Source: Pseudomonadota bacterium
GTDB taxonomy: Bacteria > Bdellovibrionota_B > Oligoflexia > Silvanigrellales > Silvanigrellaceae
Assembly: GCA_039799905.1 (NCBI GenBank)
Contig: JBDLRP010000019.1
Coordinates: 1-64,000, forward strand
Direction: 5' to 3'
Length of the DNA: 64,000 nt
Shown here: in pieces, positions 29,684 to 39,172 of the stretch
How positions within the stretch are numbered: the stretch's first letter is position 1
Layout of the letters: the number at the start of each line of letters is the position of its first letter
Translations under genes and position numbers: made by a program
Notes under the pieces: generated by a model
Databases searched by the model: none
What the model saw: only the letters and a program-made list of their open reading frames with translations
What the model was told of the DNA's origin: nothing

Positions 29684-30298
29684 CTACCAACTTTCAGACA
29701 TTTTCACGCAATCGTCGCTATCCCAGGTCGGACACACAATCACCGGATACGGCGGCCTAACGTCGTTGCTTTTGCACATCCATACATGCGAGCCGCTTTG
29801 CGTGCAGCCCATGTGCTTGGGGCTGAAAATAGTCTCTGAAGTAAACTTATCGCAGGCGCCGAGTGGCGCTCTCTTTTCCGCGCACGGGGTGATTTCGGCG
29901 TTGGTCTTTTTTCGTTTGCCCTTGTGGTAAGGTCCGCGCGGATTGATTTGAATGATGATGCCATTGTCACCGTGGGTGACTGAGGGCTGTTCTGGCGGGA
30001 ACGCGGCACAGTGTATGTCGCCATATTTTGCTTCGCAGTTGAATCCACAGCGAATCTGTCCGTAGGCAGCCAAGCAACGTTCACCGACACGGCTGCCGCA
30101 CTGGAGTTGGCCGTACGCTTTGGCACATCCGTAGCCGCACTTGCGCTCTCCGTAGCCTGAGATGCACTCGTATCCTGCCTCTTTGCCGCTGTTGATGACG
30201 ATTGGGTATTGTGCATGCGCAAAACTTTGCGCTGCAAAGAACAGACCAAACAATAAGGCGAAAAGAGCTGCACGAAGATAAGAAAGTCGGATGACCAT
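29684..30298 (-). CDS. Secreted Cys-rich repeat protein
   Basis: Signal peptide (AHA), four C-x3-YG-x3-C units and a second Cys-rich C-terminal module. Confidence 0.7.
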   Translation of the reverse strand: MVIRLSYLRAALFALLFGLFFAAQSFAHAQYPIVINSGKEAGYECISGYGERKCGYGCAKAYGQLQCGSRVGERCLAAYGQIRCGFNCEAKYGDIHCAAFPPEQPSVTHGDNGIIIQINPRGPYHKGKRKKTNAEITPCAEKRAPLGACDKFTSETIFSPKHMGCTQSGSHVWMCKSNDVRPPYPVIVCPTWDSDDCVKMSESW

Positions 30299-30359
30299 CT
30301 AGCGCTCCAAACACATGGGTTGGCACCAATTGACTCATATCCAGCCTCTGATCAGGCAC

Positions 30360-30386
30360 CTATCGGAAAATAGGCGCAGCTCTTGA
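30360..30386 (-). promoter_or_regulatory. Putative sigma28/FliA-type promoter
   Basis: Minus strand reads TCAAGAGC-N11-TCCGATAG, about 60 bp upstream of the ATG at 30298. Confidence 0.6.
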
Positions 30387-30443
30387 GTTTTTTTGCGGCC
30401 GGTATTTAAATCAAAATTAATTTTTTGAACGGAGTTATCTTCT

Positions 30444-31394
30444 TTGCCTGAATTACAGGACATTCACCGACTTCAGGCATTTGTTGCGGCCGTCGACGAG
30501 GGAAGTCTGTCGGCTGCTGTCAAGCGCTTGCACATTACTCAGCCCGCTCTCTCTGCTCGCTTGAAGCTCTTGGAAGAAGGACTTGGGTGTCAGCTGCTCG
30601 AGCGCACCGGCCGCGGTGTGCGTCCGACCCCGATGGGTGAACTTGTCTACAAGAATGCGGTCGATATTCTTGCGCGCATGAATCACTTGTCCCTGCTGGT
30701 CAAGAATCATCTTGAGCTGCGTGATGGCTGGATTCATCTGGGAGGCGGTGCCACGGCGGTGATGGGGGTTTTTCCGGATGCGATTGCAGCATTCCGCGAT
30801 GCGCATCCGGACATTCAATTCACACTGCACGAGCACGATTCCAAAGGTGTGCTTGATGCCGTTCGCAATGGTCTCATTGACATTGGAATTGTCACACGTT
30901 CGCCCGATTTGGCCGATGCCGACGACTCCGAACTTCAGGGATTGCGTGTCCACGGTGAAATTCCCGATGTGCTACATGTCATTGCTAGCCCGAATCATCC
31001 GTTGGTTGCAGTCGGCCGTTCACTTGAGGCGCGCGGCAAGTCGCTTCTTCCGATGCATCTCAACAAGCAGCACATGATATTGTTCGACGAAGGCTCAAAC
31101 GTGCGTTCGATTATCGACGCCGAGTTCCGTCGTCATTATGTGCATCCGCGCATCGTTATGACCTTGCGTTCCGCGCAGAGCATGCTGCGTATGGTTGAAA
31201 AAAATATCGGTTTGAGTGTGCTGAGCCGGTTGTCGATGAACTCAACCGATCAAGTTCATGTACTCAACGTGTCTGGTCTGCAGATGGTGCGCAGGCTTGT
31301 GCTTATTTCCGCAGAGGAGCGGACTTTGCCCCCAGCTGCCGAGGCTTTCCTGAAGGTTCTGTGCCGTAGTTCCGAAGTGAGTCCTGCGCCATAG
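30444..31394 (+). CDS. LysR-family transcriptional regulator
   Basis: HTH EGSLSAAVKRLHITQPALSARLKLLEEGLG...LLERTGRGVRPT followed by a substrate-binding domain. Confidence 0.95.
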   Translation: MPELQDIHRLQAFVAAVDEGSLSAAVKRLHITQPALSARLKLLEEGLGCQLLERTGRGVRPTPMGELVYKNAVDILARMNHLSLLVKNHLELRDGWIHLGGGATAVMGVFPDAIAAFRDAHPDIQFTLHEHDSKGVLDAVRNGLIDIGIVTRSPDLADADDSELQGLRVHGEIPDVLHVIASPNHPLVAVGRSLEARGKSLLPMHLNKQHMILFDEGSNVRSIIDAEFRRHYVHPRIVMTLRSAQSMLRMVEKNIGLSVLSRLSMNSTDQVHVLNVSGLQMVRRLVLISAEERTLPPAAEAFLKVLCRSSEVSPAP

Positions 31395-31812
31395 CAATCA
31401 TTTCTAAAACCTCGAGTCGCAGTTTCCAGAGCCGTTGAACACGCATCATCTCGAGAGCTACGTTTTGCAACGGATGTGCATCGGAGTCGTCGCTGTCGTC
31501 AGGATTGAGGAAGTGCCGGTCTGGTTCACTTTCTGTAGGCAGTCGTCTCATTGTGCCGACGATCTGCCGAAGGCGGCCGAGCTGCTCGACAGTTTCAGAA
31601 ACAAGCGTGTGTAATTCGTTGCGACCATAATCGCGCAGGAGGCGGGACAGATCGGTTTTGCGCAACGGCCGTGGGGCGCTTTGGCGAATCTGCTCGGCCG
31701 AAGGTCCGCTCCATGTAGAATCTACCGAGAGCGAGTTTGAAACCGGCGAACTGCGGCCGCGCCGGAAAGACACACCTCGGATTCTGTTTTTTGAAAGCAG
31801 GTTGGCGGCCAT
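31303..31812 (-). CDS. Hypothetical protein
   Basis: 169 aa, co-directional and 12 bp downstream of the 721-aa gene. Its 3' end overlaps the convergent LysR gene by 92 bp. Confidence 0.55.
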   Translation of the reverse strand: MAANLLSKNRIRGVSFRRGRSSPVSNSLSVDSTWSGPSAEQIRQSAPRPLRKTDLSRLLRDYGRNELHTLVSETVEQLGRLRQIVGTMRRLPTESEPDRHFLNPDDSDDSDAHPLQNVALEMMRVQRLWKLRLEVLEMIAMAQDSLRNYGTEPSGKPRQLGAKSAPLRK

Positions 31813-31824
31813 GGGTGTGTTCCG

Positions 31825-33990
31825 TTAGCGCAGGCGCGATTCGAGATACTGAATGGCCGGTGAATCAGAAGGTTCACCGGCGGCTCGCAGGCGCGCAATC
31901 TCATCGAGAATTTGCCTGCGCCAGCCCATATCGAGCTGGCCTTGAGCAGCAATCGCCTCCTGTGTGCTGCGGAAATTTTGTCCGTCTTGTTCCTGCTGTG
32001 ATTGCCGCTCGGCTTCTTCCTCATCCTGAAGTGCGGCGAGTGCCCTCACAATCGCCTCCTGAGTATCGTCGATTCCTGATTCCATTTGCTGTTGCTGGCC
32101 GGATTGTGCTCCCTGACGCGCCTTTTGATTGCCCTTTTGTGCATCCTGGGCCGCTTCCTGAAATTCATTGGAAATGTCGGGAAGCGAATCGAGGTCCTGC
32201 TGCGATTTTCCGAGTGAATCCTTCGCAGATTTTTGATCGCGTTTTGCATTCTGAAGTTCACTGTCCGCCCGAGTGAGTCTTTCACGGGCTTCGCGCATGG
32301 CCCGTTGACGCGCCTGCTGCAGCATAGAGAGAACGCCGCCCAAATGCTTTTGCGCGTGCTCCAGCGTCGACTGTGATTTGTTGATGGCTTCTGTCTGGTT
32401 CTTTTCGCTGAGTGTTTTTCCGAGATCCTTGAGGTTCTCGGGAGTGTTGTCGAGTTTAAGCGCGTCCAGTGCGGTCTGCCGTTCCTGCAGAGAAAGCCCT
32501 GAGTTGGGTTTTTCAATCATCGATGACAGTTGCTTTTTAAGTGAATTGGCAGCCCCTCGCAGCTCGTCGGCATCTTTGTTGAGCTGGCTCAGCTGTTCAG
32601 GATTGGAACGCTGTATCGACTGCTTGAGGTTTTGCAGTCTCGCCAGCAGGTTTTGCACCTGATTAGAGGTTTGCTCGCGCTTAAGACGCTCGAGCAGATT
32701 TTTGATTTTCTTTTCAGTTTGCTGCGCGGCCTTGTCGCGTGGCGAATTGATATTTTCTGCAGACTGGGAAATCTGCTCGGTTTGCTTGGCCGCCACACTC
32801 TGTGAACCCATCTGACCAGCAGCCTCGCGCGCCTTGGCGAGTTCGTTGCGCAGGGTTTCCTTGAGAGCATCTGCCGAGATGGATTTATTCTGCAATGCCT
32901 GCAGTGATTTCTCCAGGGACTGAATAAGGTCCTGTCGCAGGCTTTCGCGTGTCACGATTTCAAATTTTAATTCTTCCGATTCACCGAAGAGATTTTCAGC
33001 GACTGTCTTTGCAACGGCCTTGATGTACAAAGTGTCCTTTGCAGTAAAGGGAATTCCTACGGTGTTGAACGGAATCCGTTTGCCGTCGAAACTTTGTTCA
33101 TTCGCATTTGCAAATTCGGCAACGGGTTTGACCATGCGGTAGCCAGACTCCGTGCGGACATGAAATTCAACACTCGCAAGCGGTATCTTTGAACGTGCAA
33201 GGACGTCGAGAGCAACGCTGCCCTCGCGCTCGGGGCCGCCGGCCGATTTGCTGAGTTCGACCTGCGGGCGCGGACGTGGAGTGATTTTCAATTTTTGTTT
33301 TGCAAATACTGAAGCGTTTTTCAGAATGTTCAGTTCAACTGTGTGCTCGCTTTGCGGGTCAAGGGCGAGTTGAGTCAGAACGCTGCGCGCACTGTTACCG
33401 AAGTTTGCGGTCGGTGGAACTGCATGAAGCTCGGGCGCGGCAGATGAGCCGACTGCAGTCAGCCCCACGGACCATTTTGTCTCGGCTTTCCTGTAACGAA
33501 ATGAAACCGAAAAATACGCGTCGGTGTCGACTTCAGGCATCACATCGGCGTCACCCTTCAGGCGTATTTCTTGAGCCGGAGTATCGACGTAGCTCGGATA
33601 TTCTATCCGCAGAAAAACCTGTTCGCTGCGCAGATTTCTTTCGAGCCATCCGTAGGCTTGTCTGGCGTGCGGTGTGACCGGCGGGATAACACCCGCAAGC
33701 CAAACGGCGAGAAATCCTCCAGCAAAAATCAACCTGCGGTGCCTGAGTGTGCTGGCTTGTAGACCTTGGGTTGTTAGATTGAGTTGGAGCCGCTCACGCC
33801 CGATTTGATCGGACACGTCGGCCGGAAGCAGCACAAAGCGCACCCACGCGGCGGCAATCAAAAGTCCCGCCAGCGCACCGACGAACGCAAGTTCGGTGCG
33901 TCCTGCTGTGGTCATTGCCAGTGAAGTAAAACCGACAAAAAAACATGACCAAAGTAACACGCGTATGTTCAGTTTGAATTGATATTTCAT
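31825..33990 (-). CDS. Membrane-anchored coiled-coil protein (DUF4175-like architecture)
   Basis: Three N-terminal TMs, YPSY beta-rich domains, a long Gln/Glu/Lys coiled coil and C-terminal QYLESRLR. Confidence 0.65.
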   Translation of the reverse strand: MKYQFKLNIRVLLWSCFFVGFTSLAMTTAGRTELAFVGALAGLLIAAAWVRFVLLPADVSDQIGRERLQLNLTTQGLQASTLRHRRLIFAGGFLAVWLAGVIPPVTPHARQAYGWLERNLRSEQVFLRIEYPSYVDTPAQEIRLKGDADVMPEVDTDAYFSVSFRYRKAETKWSVGLTAVGSSAAPELHAVPPTANFGNSARSVLTQLALDPQSEHTVELNILKNASVFAKQKLKITPRPRPQVELSKSAGGPEREGSVALDVLARSKIPLASVEFHVRTESGYRMVKPVAEFANANEQSFDGKRIPFNTVGIPFTAKDTLYIKAVAKTVAENLFGESEELKFEIVTRESLRQDLIQSLEKSLQALQNKSISADALKETLRNELAKAREAAGQMGSQSVAAKQTEQISQSAENINSPRDKAAQQTEKKIKNLLERLKREQTSNQVQNLLARLQNLKQSIQRSNPEQLSQLNKDADELRGAANSLKKQLSSMIEKPNSGLSLQERQTALDALKLDNTPENLKDLGKTLSEKNQTEAINKSQSTLEHAQKHLGGVLSMLQQARQRAMREARERLTRADSELQNAKRDQKSAKDSLGKSQQDLDSLPDISNEFQEAAQDAQKGNQKARQGAQSGQQQQMESGIDDTQEAIVRALAALQDEEEAERQSQQEQDGQNFRSTQEAIAAQGQLDMGWRRQILDEIARLRAAGEPSDSPAIQYLESRLR

Positions 33991-34013
33991 CGGCCCTCAC
34001 ACTCCTTTGCGAG

Positions 34014-34697
34014 TCAGAGCTGAGTCATGGGTTCCTGATAAGGACTCAGATCGGCCAAGGTCTGCAGCTCCGGGTGCTCCCTGAGCATGTTCCAAAGGAC
34101 TTCGGCAGTGACAAGAATATCGCCGATGGAGCGGTGGCGCGACTCGAATGTCAGATTATAGTGTGCAGCCAAAGCATCGAGGTTCTTTCTTTCAGACTGG
34201 ACCAATGCTCTTGCCATCTTCAACGTACAAAGCACATGATAGTGGCAGCTCATGCCTAATCGTGCACTTTCATGAAGCATAATGTTGCAGTCGAATTCTG
34301 CATTGTGCGCGATGCCTACGCATCCACGCATGAATTCGTGAAAATTGTAAAATACATCCTGCAGCAGAGGGGCATCGACGAGCATCTCGTCATTGATACC
34401 GGTCAGGCCAAAGGTTTCCGGAGGAAGTTTTTGGTTTGGATTCACCAGAGTTGAAAAACGTGCGATTTCTTTTGCGTTGCGGTACTTGATGGCACCAATT
34501 TCGATGATACGCGCCGATTTGACGTCAAGACCGGTCGTTTCGAAGTCGAAGATGACGACCGGAAGGTCGGCGAGTCGCTCCTGAAGTGCAAAGGTCGACC
34601 CGCTAACTCCGCCCATAATTGCAATCGGGGCGGCTTGGCGGGATGTTCTTCCGCTGAGCAGTTGGTGAAAAATGCTATTTTGAAAAGACGTCGCCAT
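34014..34697 (-). CDS. DEDDh 3'-5' exonuclease (DnaQ/PolC-exo-like)
   Basis: ExoI DFETTG, ExoII HNAEFD and ExoIII HRSIGD. Confidence 0.92.
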   Translation of the reverse strand: MATSFQNSIFHQLLSGRTSRQAAPIAIMGGVSGSTFALQERLADLPVVIFDFETTGLDVKSARIIEIGAIKYRNAKEIARFSTLVNPNQKLPPETFGLTGINDEMLVDAPLLQDVFYNFHEFMRGCVGIAHNAEFDCNIMLHESARLGMSCHYHVLCTLKMARALVQSERKNLDALAAHYNLTFESRHRSIGDILVTAEVLWNMLREHPELQTLADLSPYQEPMTQL

Positions 34698-34811
34698 GAT
34701 TTTTTTTCCGATTCCAGTGCCAGGACGCTTAACATGAATTCGCGGCAAAGAAAAAGCCGTCCCTCCTCTTGCAAAGGCTGGGGCGGCTATTGTACACGAC
34801 GTCTTCGCTAG

Positions 34812-34887
34812 GGGCGGTTAGCTCAGTTGGGAGAGCGCAGCAATGGCATTGCTGAGGTCGTCGGTTCGATCCCGATACCGTCCACCA
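34812..34887 (+). tRNA. tRNA-Ala (GGC)
   Basis: 76 nt. Acceptor stem GGGCGGT/ACCGTCC with G3:U70, anticodon arm CAGCA-ATGGCAT-TGCTG, T-loop GTTCGAT and an encoded CCA. Confidence 0.97.
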
Positions 34888-34895
34888 TTCCTTCG

Positions 34896-36011
34896 TTACT
34901 GCAATTTATAAATCCTACGTGAATTTCCACTCATCACAGCTCGCGCTTGTTCAACAGAGTAACCTGCGCGGTCCATGCTCTTCAGTGTCAGTTGCACGTA
35001 TTGTGTTGTGGCGCCTGGTTGGCCCGAAACGTCGCTTCCGAAAAGAACACGGTCGGTGAGTCCCATATCTTTCAGGCGTTTCAATGCGCCGTCCATGAAT
35101 TTTCCTTCTTTATCGTACATCGCAAGTCCGAACGCGCTAATTTCAAGATAAACGTTCGGGTATTTGGCAGCGAGTTGGTAGACGTCTTCCGAGAAGTCGA
35201 ATCCTTCTTTATTGAAGTCGAAACCCATGTGGCCCAGAACGAACGGAACGTCAGGATACTTGGCAATGACGCGCTCGAGTCCGAGCGGATCTGCGGCACG
35301 CAGGTAATTGTTGCGCTCGTCGTCGGTTTTGAAGTCCTTCATCTTGCGAATCGGACTTGTGCCGATGTGGTGATAAACCGGCACTGCGAATTCACGTGCG
35401 ACTTTGTAAATATCGTCATATTGCTCGTCATCGAGCGGAAGTTCATTATGAACGAATGCCAGTTTGATGCCCTTCATCGAGCGGTGACCGAGTGCCTTGC
35501 GCAAATTGTTAAGCTCTTCTTGTGCCGCTTCAGGAAAGCGATGAATGTTGAGGCTCGCCATTCCGAAGAAGTAGCTCAGTTCGCCGTTGGGACCACGGTT
35601 TCGCAGGTCATCGAGGATCTTGATGATCTCTTCGTTTCCATAGGTTCCCCACGTCAATGGAGCGTAAACAGCCATCAGGCCGCACATGCTCAGTCCGGCG
35701 CTGTAGCAGCTCTGGCGAGTACCGAAGACGGGCGTGTAGGGTTGCAAAACCAAGTTTGCATAGACTTCGAGGCTCCAGTTCTTAAAACCGAGCGGCAGCC
35801 AATTTGGGAGGTTGCTCAGGACGAATTGTTTGCCTAGGGGGCCCATAGTGCCAGCGTCGCCGACGTGCTGGTGGATGTCGATCACTTCAACGGTTTGCGA
35901 GCGGTACTGAGGCATTCGGAATTCGGCGCGCGCTTCGCTCAAAGGTAGAGCGATACTGACAAATGACGACAGAGCCATGAGAGCAATCAGGGGGCGTGTC
36001 AGGATTTTCAT
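34896..36011 (-). CDS. Amidohydrolase family (Amidohydro_2) protein with a signal peptide
   Basis: Metal-binding motifs IDIHQH, YHHIG, LGHMG, NVYLEIS and LFGSD. The signal peptide ends in ARA. Confidence 0.85.
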   Translation of the reverse strand: MKILTRPLIALMALSSFVSIALPLSEARAEFRMPQYRSQTVEVIDIHQHVGDAGTMGPLGKQFVLSNLPNWLPLGFKNWSLEVYANLVLQPYTPVFGTRQSCYSAGLSMCGLMAVYAPLTWGTYGNEEIIKILDDLRNRGPNGELSYFFGMASLNIHRFPEAAQEELNNLRKALGHRSMKGIKLAFVHNELPLDDEQYDDIYKVAREFAVPVYHHIGTSPIRKMKDFKTDDERNNYLRAADPLGLERVIAKYPDVPFVLGHMGFDFNKEGFDFSEDVYQLAAKYPNVYLEISAFGLAMYDKEGKFMDGALKRLKDMGLTDRVLFGSDVSGQPGATTQYVQLTLKSMDRAGYSVEQARAVMSGNSRRIYKLQ

Positions 36012-36120
36012 AGGCGGGTGTTCCTCCGAAATTTGCTGATTGTGCTAAGTTATAACCATCGCTTGGTCAAACTATTTTTATTGCAAAACGGGCAGGTCCC
36101 GCTGATTGTGTGAGGCTTCA

Positions 36121-36810
36121 ATGAGTAGAAATCATTTGGGTTTATCATTAGTTGCGGCTTTCGCTTGCGCTATGCCGGTCCCTCTTGCGTTGGCACAGGA
36201 GTCAATTTTGTTCGCGCAGGCGTCAGACAAGACCGACGCTCAGGCTTCGGCTGCGGGCGATATGCAGGAAAAAAAGGAAGATTTATCTGTCGATGCCGCA
36301 GCGCCTGCCGATATCGATGATCGGTTCTCGACCGAGGGTTACGCGGGTCTCTTTGTAGCCGCATTGCAGAACACAGTTCCGTCGCTCGGCCTGAGCGGCT
36401 CGGTTTATTTGGACGACGACTTCCGCACCGGACTCGACGTCTGGTTGGGCAATTCCAAAGGTGCGTTCAGCTCTTTCAAGACTCAAGGAGCAGGCCTTTG
36501 GACAGCGTGGGAAGTCAGCGAGCGTCTGTGGCTGAAGGGTGGCTTTAGTTACTCCCGCCTCGACAGGCCTTCGGACCAAGAACCGCTTGCCGCCCTGACG
36601 GGTTCAAAGGATACGAGTAAAAAGCAGACGGTGCGTACCGACACCATCCAAGCCGATCTTTCACTCGGTCAGTTGTGGAGCTTCACTGGTTATTCGGTTT
36701 CGGTCGATTACTTTGGTTTTTCGACACCGTTCCTGACGCTCACTGGCCCCAAGCACACGATGTTCAACATCCATGCGTTGCGCGTGGACTTCCTCTACGA
36801 CATTGACTGA
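36121..36810 (+). CDS. Hypothetical exported protein, probable small outer-membrane beta-barrel
   Basis: Signal peptide (ALA), amphipathic beta-strands and C-terminal LRVDFLYDID. Confidence 0.6.
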   Translation: MSRNHLGLSLVAAFACAMPVPLALAQESILFAQASDKTDAQASAAGDMQEKKEDLSVDAAAPADIDDRFSTEGYAGLFVAALQNTVPSLGLSGSVYLDDDFRTGLDVWLGNSKGAFSSFKTQGAGLWTAWEVSERLWLKGGFSYSRLDRPSDQEPLAALTGSKDTSKKQTVRTDTIQADLSLGQLWSFTGYSVSVDYFGFSTPFLTLTGPKHTMFNIHALRVDFLYDID

Positions 36811-36831
36811 GTTGCTGGAGGCGGTTTCGAC

Positions 36832-37524
36832 TCAGAGAAGGTCGAGCAGGTAACTCGTTTTCATTTGAGTCGTTTTGTCTTCGCTGCCGATTTCAAAAGA
36901 AATGCTCTCGAATGACGGTGGGCCGGGCGGAGGAGTCAGGCGCGGCTTTCCATTTTCTGAGAACGAGAGACCTTCCTTAGGAATTCCAAACAGATTGTAG
37001 TTGAGTTTTTTGTCCATGTTTTCGTCGTGCCAACCGGCAATCGCGTATCGTCCGGCAGGAAAATCACTCAATTGAATCGTGAACGACTTTTGAGAGATAC
37101 TAAAGCACTCTGCGAAGATCGCTTTTTCCGCTGAGTCAGGAAAACCGTCCGGTGACTTGAAAATCGACATACAGAAATTTCCGTTGACGTTTTTCAGTTC
37201 GTTGACCGCGACCGTCAGTGTTGGTTTGCGCGGCGCGGGTGGTTGGTTGTCGGAGGGTGGCTGGTTGATGGGTTTAGAGTCGCTTCCATCCTGCGGCTCG
37301 TTGCTGCTCCCACCAGTGTTTGGAAGGGTTGGGGGTGCGTTTGGATCGAGCGCGGGAGGTTGCAGCGGAGATGAATTTGAAGGTTTCGGTTCTCCGACCG
37401 AGATCACGATGCTTGGGTCGCGACCAACGCTTTCGTTTTGCTTTGTTCCGCAACCAATAGCGAACTGTGTCAGAACTAAACAGGGAATTGAAAGAAGCGC
37501 GCGGCGAGTGACGAAAGCTTGCAT
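36832..37524 (-). CDS. DUF2141-domain lipoprotein
   Basis: Lipobox AIGC and a Pro-rich linker. GRYAIAGWHDENMDKKLNYNLFGIPKEGLSFSEN matches the DUF2141 signature. Confidence 0.85.
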   Translation of the reverse strand: MQAFVTRRALLSIPCLVLTQFAIGCGTKQNESVGRDPSIVISVGEPKPSNSSPLQPPALDPNAPPTLPNTGGSSNEPQDGSDSKPINQPPSDNQPPAPRKPTLTVAVNELKNVNGNFCMSIFKSPDGFPDSAEKAIFAECFSISQKSFTIQLSDFPAGRYAIAGWHDENMDKKLNYNLFGIPKEGLSFSENGKPRLTPPPGPPSFESISFEIGSEDKTTQMKTSYLLDLL

Positions 37525-37682
37525 AGCTGGCGATGCCTCCGGAAAAATCAGCAAAATGTCAAAATCGACAAAATTGTTGACTTGCCGTCAACCCTAACAG
37601 TCATTTGGGAAATTAAAAAGGAAATGCCGGCACGAGGGCCGACTTTTTTTCTTTTTATATTAAATACCTGATGATTAGAAGG

Positions 37683-38984
37683 TCAGTAGTCGTAGCGGAT
37701 GCGCAGACCAAGTGCCTGTTCCGTCTTGCTTGCCTTGCGATCACTGCCCTTTTCAAGTTTTTTGCGGTCGGCAAACACTTCGCCGGTGGTGTTCTTGGTG
37801 TTGGCATGTGAACGGTTTGAGTAATAGTAGTTGTAGGACGGAATGAAGCTGAGTTTTTCATCAAGAAAAATCTGTCCCGCCAAAACGAATGAGGCTTCTC
37901 TTGCTGAGTCTACCTTTGGAAGGTTGGTGTCGGAGTAATTGACAAGACCTTTCGAAGCCAACTTCAGATCGCGGTAGCCGATTTCACCAATCAGCGTGAC
38001 TTCCTTGGGCAGCAGATCATACTTCACACCGGTCAGGACTGTGAGAGCTTTGTTGTTGTCGGCTTCGAGTTTTCCGTCTGAATTCAGCTTGGCAACTGCA
38101 TAAACGTCGTTCGCGATACCAAACTTGATTTTGAGGTCGTCGACTTTGTGTTCAGCAACCACGTGATAGAAGGTGTCCAATTCGTACGACGGCTTGTCGC
38201 TGAGCTCCAGCCATTGTCCTTGCAGACCAAAGCCGGCTTCCAGCGTCGTGTCTTCAATTTTGCTGGTGCCTGTCAGTTTGTGGTACCACGTTGTTTCCTT
38301 GGGTTTGGTTCCCAGAGTGTATTCGTTTAGATCTGGATTGCGCGCCACATGATAGGTGACCTTGTTTTTGTCATCGATTTTGTAGTTGCCGCGGAATCCT
38401 TCGACTCGGCTCATATGGCCGGTGAATGAAGGTGATTCAACGACCGTAGTGCTCTTGATTCGATCGGTGTAGCCAAAAAGGCCTGACTCGAGCTCGCGGA
38501 CGTAGCCAAGCTCAAGGCCCTCGACTGCGGGCACATCAAACAGAAAATGAAAATATTTGAGCGTATCTGTGTTGACCAGCGATTTGCCTTCATCGTTGCT
38601 GTCTACGTACCAGACCTTCTTTTTGCCGTTATCGCGTCTTTCGAATTCACTGAGACGGATTTCAACGTCCGCTCTGCTGTATTCACCGAATTTACGTTCA
38701 ACGAAAAGTCGGAAAGAGTCGACCTTTGGGATTTTGAAGTTTTTCGCGGCGTCGTTGATGTTCTTATAGAACGGGTCAAGGTGGATTCTCATGTTGATTT
38801 TGGTGCCGGAGTCTTTTTTACCATCGGTCGACCCGTAAGAACTTCCCGTAGCAGCTGCTGCCGCCTGAGTTGCTGCCGCCGGGGTTGCTGCCGCCGGTGC
38901 AGCTGCCGCCGGTGCAGCTGCGGTTGACGCAAATGCATATGAGGAAATCAAAGAAAACGCAGATACGGAAAGAAGAGCTTTCAC
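37683..38984 (-). CDS. Probable outer-membrane porin/beta-barrel
   Basis: GTG start with an AGGAGG RBS, signal peptide (AFA), Ala/Pro linker, alternating beta-strands and a C-terminal aromatic (GLRIRYDY). Confidence 0.7.
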   Translation of the reverse strand: MKALLSVSAFSLISSYAFASTAAAPAAAAPAAATPAAATQAAAAATGSSYGSTDGKKDSGTKINMRIHLDPFYKNINDAAKNFKIPKVDSFRLFVERKFGEYSRADVEIRLSEFERRDNGKKKVWYVDSNDEGKSLVNTDTLKYFHFLFDVPAVEGLELGYVRELESGLFGYTDRIKSTTVVESPSFTGHMSRVEGFRGNYKIDDKNKVTYHVARNPDLNEYTLGTKPKETTWYHKLTGTSKIEDTTLEAGFGLQGQWLELSDKPSYELDTFYHVVAEHKVDDLKIKFGIANDVYAVAKLNSDGKLEADNNKALTVLTGVKYDLLPKEVTLIGEIGYRDLKLASKGLVNYSDTNLPKVDSAREASFVLAGQIFLDEKLSFIPSYNYYYSNRSHANTKNTTGEVFADRKKLEKGSDRKASKTEQALGLRIRYDY

Positions 38985-39084
38985 ATCGCCTCCTGAGGAC
39001 GTTTGTTTTAAGGGACAGTCAAGTAGAGCGTCAAAGTAAAAAAATTTCAACTCCGTCCATGAATGCTGCCTGAGAATTCACGCA

Positions 39085-39108
39085 AGAGTCACAGAATTGA
39101 ATGACTCT
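39085..39108. promoter_or_regulatory. Inverted repeat, putative operator in a divergent promoter region
   Basis: AGAGTCA-N10-TGACTCT between the porin gene and the 39173 operon. Confidence 0.4.
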
Positions 39109-39172
39109 GCTTGTTTTGTATTCAAATTGTTGGAACGATTGTGGCTGTTGGCGCTGCGGAGAATAATATCCC

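Noticed and set aside
34812..34887. tRNA-Ala as the integration site of a genomic island
   Set aside because: No integrase in the window and I saw no duplicated tRNA 3' end.
10949..34887. Functional link between the RqcH-like gene and tRNA-Ala
   Set aside because: They are 22 kb apart, and RqcH tailing uses tRNA-Ala(UGC) rather than the GGC isoacceptor.
38850..38922. 15-bp GC-rich repeats
   Set aside because: They simply encode the AAAP/AAAT linker of the porin N-terminus.
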